From: Lytechinus pictus
Lineage: Eukaryota
NCBI RefSeq assembly: GCF_037042905.1
Contig: NW_026974140.1
Span: 14,012,001-14,076,000, forward strand
Reading direction: 5' to 3'
Length of the DNA: 64,000 nucleotides
Shown piece by piece: positions 1 through 10,400 of this stretch; within the stretch, counting starts at the first letter, position 1; the number at the start of each line of letters is the position of its first letter. The position numbers and the translations under genes are program-made. The notes beneath the pieces are model-generated. The model saw nothing but the letters and a program-made list of their open reading frames with translations. It did not search any database and was not told where the DNA came from.

Positions 1-129
1 ATATCTTTTTAAGGAGTTTGTGCAGATCGAGAAACGATATAGCAAGAACGATCTCTGTCGAAGAGAAATTTGTATTGAATCCGCCGGAATTATCCGCCGG
101 TGTAGCGGTGGATTTGATTCCACCGGCGG

Positions 130-685
130 ATACAAAAGAAATAGTGAGTGGATGACGTAATCAGTCTCCTCGTTCGCATACCGACCAGGATGTGCATATA
201 ACTGTTTTGTGAAATATTATTAAGCGAAAATGTATATAAGAAAGTTATGACATTTTCGCTTAATAATATTTCACAAAACAGTTATATGCACATCCTGGTC
301 GGTATGCGAATGAGGAGACTGATTACGTCATCCACTCACTATTTCTTTTGTATTTCATTATGAAATATTCAAATTTTCTCCTCATTATCAAGTGAAATAA
401 CGTTCAATACCTCCCTGAACTTGTGGAATTAGCATTGTTTAATACTAGGCATATATGGTTCAGTCAAGTTGGTCCCTATTGTCAAATTTGAAAAAAAAAA
501 TTGTATATTCAAACAATAAAAAACAAAAGAAATAGTGAGTGAGGGATATCATCGACTTTCTCATTTGCATGTCACTGAGTTGTGCATATCACTGTTTTGT
601 GAAAATAAGCGAATCTTTAAAATGTGATAAAATTTCTTTATTTATTCAAATCAACATTTTCTGTGGTGGACTTGCTTGACCTTTA
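130..685. mobile_element. Rearranged Kolobok/T2-like MITE (family A); left end replaced by an inverted duplication
   Basis: Body matches 4157..4746; right end GGTGGACTTGCTTGACCTTTAA; 104-bp foldback 130..233/250..353. Confidence 0.85.
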
Positions 686-788
686 AATATCTTCCGGGTT
701 TGACGCGGTTTGCGATGTATGCAGATTTGTTTCCTCGGTGGATTCGGTTCAGTTTGAGTCCGTGTATGTATTCATTATTTGTGATCTG

Positions 789-945
789 GGGCCCGTTTCA
801 TAAAGGACTTGCAACTGATGTAACTTTGCCATAATGGCAACTGCCATGGTAACAGGGCTCAACAGCTAAACAGAATCAAGGTTTCCATGGTAGTTGCCAT
901 AATGGCAAAGTTACAAGAGTTGCAAGTCATTTATGAAACGGGCCC
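789..945. mobile_element. Harbinger-like MITE
   Basis: Long TIRs GGGCCCGTTTCATAAA; CTG TSD at 786-788 and 946-948; second copy at 60500. Confidence 0.88.
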
Positions 946-1629
946 CTGGTATGACACCCTCGATCGGCAGCGCATGCGCGGCTCTGGCAATATCGGGAGG
1001 GGGTATTTACGGCCGGATTTTGGTCATTTTTTATCCAGTGGCGGATCCATGCAGCTTCTGACAAGGGGCGCGATGGGGATGGGGGATTAAAGGTGAAATG
1101 TGTTGATATTTCTTATATAGAGCTGTAGATCTGTCAATTGATATTCTAAGCAGTTTTAGTGGTCATGCTTGAAGAAGAATATAGGCGATAAACAAGGCCC
1201 TGCATGGTAAAGTGTCTATAGGCCAAAATTGATCACAGTTATAGTTTATAGCTGTGAGCAATTTAGAGCAGAATCGTCCAAATAATAATAATAATGATAA
1301 TAATAATAGTGAGCAAAAATAGAAAACTTTGATGTATTTTTTAGTCAACCCGAATTTTCTTATTAGAATAGATAAATAAAAATGGTAGGTCCATATTTAT
1401 AACGCAAACTCGTGGTAATATATCTCTATGGGTAGGTCCCTATATAATTTTGAAGGAAAGGGGTACCAATTTGGATTCAACACCCTCTCCCCCTCCGCGC
1501 CTATACATCCGTCAAATATCGGCAACAAAATTATATCAATGAGAAAACATCATAAAATATACATATTATTTCAAATCCATAGAATACTATATGGAAGCTT
1601 AAAAGTGTCACCCAGATGTTCATGTAATC

Positions 1630-1937
1630 ATCTCGTCATGTCTACATCTCTTGGGGTCTTAGGGAAAAGGAGAAGATGCATGACGATATCTCGGATCTCG
1701 TACATCCTGTGGGAGAGATGATCCGATGATAAGATCTTGGATCTCGTCATGTCTACATTTTTTAGAAGAGATGATCAGATGGCAAGATCTTGGATCTCGT
1801 CATGTCTACATCTTATACAAGAGATGATCGGATGGCAAGATCTCGGATCTCGTCATGACTGTGTACATCCATTATGATCAGATGGCAAGATCTCCGATCT
1901 CGTCATGTCTACATCTTTTAAAACAGATGATCTGATG
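1630..1937. repeat. Degenerate ~52-bp tandem array (5-6 units)
   Basis: Recurrent GATGATCxGATGGCAAGATCTxGGATCTCGTCATGTCTACAT. Confidence 0.85.
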
Positions 1938-2342
1938 GATCTGTCAAAAGCTTTTGACACCATTGACCATGACGTACTCTTACGTAAACTTAATGCTTTT
2001 GGTGTCGGAGGGTTAGCGTTAGAATGGTTCAAACGATTATTTGCATAACAGATATCAGTATGTCATGGTCAATGGTGTCCAATCACAGCGTAAACTTATT
2101 ATATTTGGAATTCTGCAAGGTTCTATTCTCGGGCCCCTCCTGTTCCTCGTGTACATAAATGATATCACAAATTCTTCATAATTATTCCGTTATTCATTTG
2201 GTGATGACACTAGCATTATAAATTCTAATAAGAATATTTATGATTTAATATCTATTATACTAATAAAGAAGTTGACAAATATTGTATGATTGGTTCTGTT
2301 GTAATAAACGTTCTTTGAATTTTGATAAAACCAAATTTATCA
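1938..2342 (+). mobile_element. CR1/L2-group LINE reverse transcriptase fragment (dead)
   Basis: Translates [18 protein letters not shown], then [25 protein letters not shown] and WFCCNKRSLNFDKTK, with frameshifts and a stop. Confidence 0.92.
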
Positions 2343-2639
2343 ACCCAATTAAGGTTTCCTCTTCCATGGTTTTAAATTCATTCCGTGTGCAATATTGTGG
2401 AACAGCCTTGATCACAATATACTCAACAAAGTTCAACACTTTCCAAATTCAAACTCTCTTTAAAAAGACTGTACTTTTCTAAAATGAATACATGCTGAGT
2501 TACAATGTATACAATGTTGAATCCTCATTCTCTTTTCTTAGTATTTCTCAGCTTCATGCACACTGCCGTTCCCACTTCCTTGACTCGCCAATGCGCTGTA
2601 TGATGGGCGGAGAACGGTGGGTTAATTCAGCGAAGCAAT

Positions 2640-3884
2640 CAGGGCCGTAGCTAGAGGGGGTATGGGGGGGGGGTGTGACACCCCCCCCCCCCCCCAACAT
2701 TCATGGCAGTCGGCAAAATCATGTACCAGTTGGCAAAATGGAGGATAGGGGAGAAAAAGAAAGAGGGAAAGAAAGGAAGAGAAAAAAGAAAGAAGGAGAG
2801 AGGGGGAGAGAAAGAAAACAAGAAAGAAAGAAAAAAAGGAAAGAAAAATAGGGGTACTAACTTCGAAGAAGGTTACGACTTATAGAGTAAAGACAACCAG
2901 TTGGCAAGTCCATGTAGCCAGGCTTAGAGCCCTACTAGTCAGCAAAATACAAAGGACAAAACAGATGGAGCTATAACACACAAAGTAAGTCCCCGGTCCT
3001 CCCCCAATATAAACAAGCTTGTGAGTTTGCAAATTATACCACAATTATTGACGATTTAACAAACACATTAGTTTTGTAAAATTAGAGGCAAGACTAGGTA
3101 AAGAAATATGGGGTGGGATGAATTTTCAAGGTTTAAGTTGAATAATAATCAAAGCCAAAGTATAGTTGGCAAATTATAAAGTGGCAGAACACTACGCTCT
3201 ACCAATCAGCAAAGTAATGTACAAGTACTGCCCCGTTTCAGATCTGCGGAAAAGAACAAAACACAAAAAACACAAAATGTTCTAAGTTATTTTTACTAAA
3301 TTCTGTCGCCGACGATTTTTTTTTAAATTTATGGTGTCAGAATGTGCTTGGGGTGGGGATGGGTGGGAGTGGGGACAGGTTGGGGTTGCCCAAGACGTTA
3401 AATATGATATAGAATAACATACAAGATAAAGGTAACTTCAATAATTTCTGTAACATTTTTAATGGCTGAAAGAGATACATGTTAGCAGTAGCACTCTTGA
3501 AATTTTAGTTACATCTTGCACAGAAAGTCAATTAAAAATGAACAAATCTTTGATTTTGATATTATTAATGCATAGGGTATATATCATTATACTGCATGCA
3601 AGTTAGCAACTACGGCACACTAGCCTTTCTATTTTGATCCAAAATGTTTATTTTTACAGTGCAAATATCTTTGTATATCTTTGTATAATTTACCTTAATG
3701 TATTCACCAAATGCCACTAATTCAATTCTAAAAATTCAAAATCTTTTAGCATGTGATTATTGTAGGGGGGCACATCCCCCATCAGACTCCCCCTGTGCTC
3801 ACGTTGGCGCTGTCACGCCAAATTTAGTTGGCAAATTTAGCTGGTACACCCCCCCAACAAAATGCTTCTGGCTATACGGCCCTG
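2640..3884. mobile_element. Non-autonomous hAT-like element, 1245 bp
   Basis: Termini CAGGGCCGTAGC / GCTATACGGCCCTG; perfect 8-bp TSD GAAGCAAT (2632-2639, 3885-3892). Confidence 0.9.
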
Positions 3885-4156
3885 GAAGCAATTCCATTGT
3901 TCTCTAGCTCCCTTTATGGTGCGGCGGTTGTTTGAGGAATTGTCATAATTATGCCAGACTCTTTTATTTCTACCTCTTCTAAGTGTCCCCCTCTGTTTCT
4001 CTCTCTCTCTCTCAAATTTGTGTGTATATGCAATATGTGGGTGTGTGTGCCTTAATGTTACATGTATTTTTGATGTATTTTGTATTAAAGGCCTAATGTT
4101 AATTTCAAATTTATAGTGTATGTTGGGACCCTGCCTACAAGCACTTTGCTTATTAA

Positions 4157-4746
4157 AGGACAAGTCCACCCCAACAAAAAGTTGATTTGAATAAAAAGAA
4201 AAAAATCCAACAAGCAAAATTCTGACAATTTCATCAAAATCGGATGTAAAATAAGAAAGTTATGACATTTTAAAGTTTTGCTTAATTTCACAAAACAGTT
4301 TAATGCACATCCTTGTGGGTATGCAAATGAGGAGACTGATGACGTCATCCACTCACTATTTCTTTTGTATTTTATTATATGAAATAGGGAATATTCTATT
4401 TTTCTCCTAATTGTCAAGTGAAACAACGATTAATTCCTCCCTGAACATGTGGAATGAGCATTGTTTTATACTATATGATTCAGTCAAGTTGGTCCTGATT
4501 GTCAAATGTATGAAAAATGAAATATTGTATAATTCAAACAATAAAAAACAAAAGAAATAGTGAGTGAGGGACATTATCGACCTTCTCATTTGAGTTGTGC
4601 ATATCACTTTTTTGTGAAAAATAAGCAAAACTTTACGGTCATAACTTTCTTATTTTACATCCGATTTTGATGAAATTTTCAGCGTTTTGCTAGTTTGATT
4701 TTCTCTATTTATTCAAATCAACATTTTTCTGGGGTGGACTTGACCT
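4157..4746. mobile_element. Kolobok/T2-like MITE family A, full length
   Basis: TTAA TSD; termini AGGACAAGTCCACCCC / GGGGTGGACTTGACCT; long imperfect arms. Confidence 0.92.
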
Positions 4747-5146
4747 TTAAGGGTATCCCTCCATTTTTAAATAATATGTACTGTGTTCATTTCATGTCAT
4801 ATTTTTATGTATACTGATTTTTAAAGGTGGTGAATAACGATTTCAAGAACGATATCTGCCGAAGAGAAATTGGTACTGAATCCGCCGGAGTTGTTAACAC
4901 GATCCCGCCGGCGAATTGTGCATTTGTGTGCCTATAGGCCTATCTGCCAGGCACTGGATCTGCCGTTACACCGGCAGATTGTGTGCCTAACGCATGTAGG
5001 CCTATACTAAAAGTATAACTTTAGGAACGTATCTGCCAGGTACTGAATCCGCCGCTACACTGGCCGTACGTACAGTGTGCAATCCACTGCCAAATATTAC
5101 ACGTGTACGGTACCGTAATTGTACTTGCAGTTTGGTAAACCATATA

Positions 5147-6652
5147 TTATGGGCAGCCAAAAGGGCCAAAATTAACAATCTCAAAAATAAAGAAACTCAG
5201 AAATAAATGCAGTCTCTAAGAAAAAAAATTGCCGCTTATTAGAAATAAATTAACTTCCTCTGAAATAAAAGTGATGACAGCCCGCGACACCGAAGACCCA
5301 CGAGACCGAGGGCCCGTGAGACCGAAGGCCCGCAAGACCAAAGGCCTGCGAGACCGACTTTTTCCCCCTTCATCGGGTGCCGTGGTCGAGTGGTTTAAGG
5401 CGCCTCGTTGCAGCGGCGTAACAGGTGCCTGTTATCAGAGGGGGGAGGGGGCAGAGCCAAATATTTCCCAGTAATTCCGTCTAGAATTAGTGGCATAACT
5501 AGGATGTCAGTTTAGGGGGCAGTATGGTGAGCACGCGGGAAGCGCGTTCCGAGGGGGCCGGGTGCAGGGAGGAGAGTGTACTCCCCCGCGAGAAGCGCGG
5601 AAGGTCCTACATTCCTTTGAATTGTTCCTCATCTGCTCTCACTAATCTTAATACGTCCTCTGCCTGTTATCGGAGGGGGGCAGAGCAAAACACTTAATAA
5701 TGAGCGCGCGAAAGGCGCTCTATATTATAAGGGGAGTTTTTCCCCTCCCGGGCGAAGCACGGAAGCTCCGACGTTTTCTTCGAATTGTTCCTTGCCTGCT
5801 CCTGCTCTTCCTGTTAATGGAGCTAGGGGGGGAGAAAAATTTCGAATTGCGGAAGCTCCGATGTTTCTTTGAATCCACAGGATCATGAAGCAGAATTACC
5901 ATAAAAATAAACGTTAAATGAGTAGAGTTAATGATTAAGTAGTGTCGGTGAAATTAGGCAACGTAAGTTTATACTAAGTAGCGGAAAACTGCATGCACCC
6001 CTCCCTAGCTGCCCCCTCCCCACTAGCGTAACTACGGGGGGGGGGGGGGCAGAGGGGGCATTCTGCCCCCCCCCCCCTGACGAGCCACAACCCATGCAAA
6101 GACGTATCCCTGCCCCCACCCCCTGACGAGCTTGAAGATCTTTATTTCCCCCCTTCCAAGGGAGCGCGCTTCCAGTGCTCACTACCGCCCCTAATCTTAT
6201 TTTTTTTAATTGTTAAGTTATTTGCGAGATTATATATTTCTGGAAGATGACATTTATTTGTAAAATATACTGCTATTCCAATTATGATATTTTTTTTCTG
6301 AATGAGTCTTATATTTCTAAAATCTTTTATTTATGATGATTGGTGAGATTTATTTCTGAGTTGCCTTTTATTTCTCAATGATATGCATTTCTGGTTAAAT
6401 ACTTATATTTATGACTTATGTAGGCCTACTATTCTTTCGAAGTAATTTATTCATTTCTGAATGCTATATTTCTAAGATACTACTTTTCTTTCTGAGGAAG
6501 TTAATTTATTTCTAAGAAACGGCAATTTTTTTCTGAGAGACTGCATTTATGTCTGAACGACTACATGTATTTCGATCTGAGATACTACATTTATTTCTGA
6601 GAGTTTCTTTATTTTTGATATTGTTAATTTTGGCCCTTTTGGCTGCCCATAA
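5147..6652. mobile_element. Long-TIR element (TTATGGGCAGCCAAAAGGGCCAAAATTAACAA ends) just upstream of PGM2, with GC-rich nested fragments
   Basis: Ends are reverse complements over >100 bp with indels; ATATA on both flanks (5142-5146, 6653-6657). Confidence 0.85.
5280..5359. repeat. 16-bp tandem repeat x5 (GCCCGCGAGACCGAAG consensus)
   Basis: Units start at 5280, 5296, 5312, 5328, 5344. Confidence 0.85.
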
Positions 6653-7400
6653 ATATAGCTCAAGCAAGCGGAATCTCAACTCAGACGTAGACCGACCGCG
6701 AACATTTGTGCAGATCTACAATCACTCACGATGGCAGAGCACGTCGATACTGGCAATGCTGACCTGGACAAAGCTATAAAACAATGGTTGGAATGGGATA
6801 AAGTAAGTGATCTAAATTTATTTCATAAATTTTTTTTTTTTAAACCTTATGTCAGTGTCGTGTCTGTTATATTTACTTCGTCTCTTCGAGCAACTCATCT
6901 CGCACAGGCACATCCCGCGCCCGGGCCGCGGCGCGGCGTCGGGGGTTACCGCACCCATGGGTTCATATCGGTCTCGCGTGCGAAGGAATATCACTTATCA
7001 GTCATATTCACACGACACACACGACACATTGAAAATAGATTGGGCTTTTGCCCACATAAAATATCACGCATAATCTGGTATTTCACATTCTGCTATGACA
7101 CTTACCGAATCATTTAGATCCTTCCGTGACTTCTCCTTGAAGTTTCTTTTAAAAAATATGTATATTTTCTTGATCTTTAGAAGTTTAGTGAAGATTTTCA
7201 CGGAGATAAATTTAAAAATTGGTTGGCGTGGATATCAATTTTCTCCTAAAGAGGGCGCGCGATTTATATTCATATCAAAGACACGACAAGGGAAAGACTA
7301 GGCACCACCTACACTATTTTACACGCAAATCCACGCAAGGCATTACGCGAAGTCCCTAAAGTGTCCAATCTTTTCATTGTATAGACTTTGGTATACCGTA
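6653..7400 (+). promoter_or_regulatory. Probable PGM2 TSS/5'UTR and CpG-rich start of intron 1
   Basis: CpG-rich sequence around the first coding exon, contrasting with the CpG-poor gene body; the TSS itself is not determinable. Confidence 0.45.
6731..6802 (+). CDS. PGM2: PGM2 coding exon 1 ([24 protein letters not shown])
   Basis: ATG in ACGATGG context; donor AAA|gtaagt; WLxWDK is the PGM2 N-terminal motif. Confidence 0.93.
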
Positions 7401-10400
7401 TTATTGACGTTCGTTAAAGCTTGTACTGCTGGTTTCGTTCCAGGCATGTGTATTTTTTTCAATTTTATTTTATTAGTCATCGTTTTAAATCAATTGCAAA
7501 AAAGTGTTATCATCGCCAATAGTAATCTTGAATTATATTTTTAAAGGTATTTCATTTATTGGTGCCCATAATTAGTAAATTAATCATAAGAATTGCACAT
7601 TCAAATAATTTAGACACAGTTATAAAATTACCGAGGAGCTGAATCAAGGTTGTGAAATTTATTAGCGCCATGCAAAAAATTGTGTCATATGGCCTTGACC
7701 TTGACCTTTTAGAGAGAAAAGATGTGCCGTTACGTATGGGACGCAGAAAAAAGACAATTTTTATAACCTTTTTTTCAAGTTGAGAATTCTCTGAAAGTAT
7801 TTCATTTGACAGCTTGTAACTTAGTGTGATAGAAGTCACTACACTCTAGTATATCTATGGCAAGTTTCATGTCATAAGCCCAAACCCTCTAATTAAACAA
7901 ATTAATGACATGTTACGTATGGGACAGTTACGTATGGGACATTTTGTCCCCATAGAGAACGTACATAATTTTCCCCATAATTTCAAAAATCCAAATAATC
8001 AAAAATATGGAAATAACAAAGAGTTTTTTTCTTTTAAAATGTTCTATTGAGACATATTTGATATGACTGAAAAGAAAATTAGCCATTTCAACAATTTTTT
8101 TTCTTGTTTTTCATGGTTTTATGTATTTCTATTGTTTTTTATTTTTTTCATATTGTTCCATTTTCACAGTTTTTTCACTTTGATTGTTTTCATCAATCAG
8201 TATTCATAACAAATTAGTCTTTAAACACTAAAGAAAAGGTAAATAATCACTTTTTAGAGCACTCTTGAAATTGGTTTTTCTCCATTCACTTTGTACACAA
8301 ATCTCCCCATTGACATTGTGTGTAAATGTCCCATACGTAACATGTTGTCCCATACGTAACAATTTTTTAATTAAGTTTTAATTAAAATGTAAACTTTATT
8401 TTTGAAACTTTTTGTGGTATAACAATTTCCTACTTAATGAATTAGAACTTCCCAGAGATACAACAGTACAAGTATTGTATTATGAGAAATAACTTAAAAA
8501 AACATCCTCAAATGTTACGTATGGGACATTCCATCCTTGGACAAGACCTAATTTGCATATTTAATTAGATGACACCACTTTTTTCCCAAAAAAGTAATAA
8601 GATGTTATGGGGTCCATGTCCCACCTATGACTAAATCTTACAAGTTTTGTTTTGATTTTCTATGAGTTTTTATAATTGTCCCATACGTAACGCCCATTTT
8701 ACCAATTATGCAAATTAGGTGCCCCAAATTAGCATAAATATGTATATTATCAATGAAATTTTAAAATTCAACATTTGGGCTTTCTTACCCCACCAAATAT
8801 AACTTCTTAAATTAAAGATGAAATTTTGCCTTCTAGGGTGACCTTTTCTTGGACTTGCCCAGGGGCTTAAAATAACAAATTGTATGATTTAACACAATAA
8901 AATATATCATGGAAGTTAATGATGAATTAATACATAATTGATAATAATAATGTTGAACATTGTTTTAATTGAAAATGAAAATAAAGGCACCCATAGATCT
9001 TATAAACATCTCATAAATGCAGGCCTAAACAAAGTATAAATGTACGCTATAGCTGATACTTCGATCCCGCAACCAAATAATGTTGGCGTAAATTAGTTAT
9101 CAGTGGCGAACGAGCAAAAAAAAATTTAGGGTTATTACTATATGGCGTATCAGGCAAAATTTATGAAGGTATCGTTGCGAGCAAGCGACATGACCATAAA
9201 TTTTGACGTTTTTGTTACAAAATTCCAATTAAACAATTTCGCACCTTTCACTCTTTCCTTTTCTTTCTCTACATGAAGAAATTTGGGGGCAAGGCCCCCC
9301 TCCCATGGCCATAAGCACCACTCTTTATTATGCCACTAAAATTGGACTTCAACTTTGAGAATTTGAAACTAAATTGAAGTTATTATCTAAGTAATTCGAA
9401 GGGACAAGAAAAAAATATTTGCAGATTATTTATTTTTACCTAACTCCCCAACTCTGCTCTGCACGTTGAATGTGCCAACAGCCACCCACCAAAGTCCAGT
9501 CCGATTGCCCTGTGCGCAAGTGACCGCATTCGCATATGTTCACCCGAAGTAATTACTAAATTTTGACCATAATTAATCACTCTCTGGTAATATTTCAAAG
9601 TATCTTTTATTACAGTTGATCATTTGGGCCGTTAATAAATAATATTTCCAATGTTATCATGACAAACATTATTATTGAAATAGTGGCATTGTAGAAAAAA
9701 AACAAATTTATAAGCACGAAATCCACCAGATATCTGATCAACCATACTGCGCAGCGTTCGGGACTGGTGAGTGGTACGGCTAGTTTGGAGTTTTCGCCCC
9801 CACGAATTCGGCAAAAACGTTACCATCGCGCTGTGCGAAAGTTGATCAGCGGCTCTCAATCAGAGACTTGAATGTCACTTTTTGCATTATCAAAAATATA
9901 TCATAAACTTTGTTTGATTTTTTTTACACTTACTCTACATGTCCATCTTGATAATTATGAAAATCCATGATGTCTTCTTCTAATGCTGTAAAAAATATGT
10001 CTTCGAAGTGCATGTCTCAGAAAATTGCCAGAAATCGTAGCCTAAAATATCACTTTTTTTAAGTTCAGTCTGGAAAAAATGTTAAAAGTGATGTAAACCA
10101 ATTACCGTGAACAAATGCATCCTCGATCATTGAAATAAGTGTTGGCTAAGCTTTTAAAACTCAGACCGCATTACCATGGCAACTTGGGATAAACCTAATT
10201 TTTTCTTGTAAACATGTTGTTTTAAGGGTAATTTTTAGAGGCATGAAAGTCACCGTATTTTCCAGTATTGTGTTTAAATTTCACATAAAACTGAATTGTC
10301 TGTAAACTTATACTTTTGTGTATGAATATTCATATTTCTTGGAGAATCATAGTTTTTGATTGGTCAATGTTTTAGTCATGGATAATGACTGAGCGTAAAA

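Noticed and set aside
5375-5409. tRNA-Ser/Leu-like 5' half (GTGGTCGAGTGGTTTAAGGCG)
   Set aside because: No B box or T arm; truncated by a MITE end. A SINE head fragment, not a tRNA gene.
6705-6716. 12-bp match TTTGTGCAGATC to positions 17-28
   Set aside because: Many 12-mer matches are expected by chance in 64 kb.
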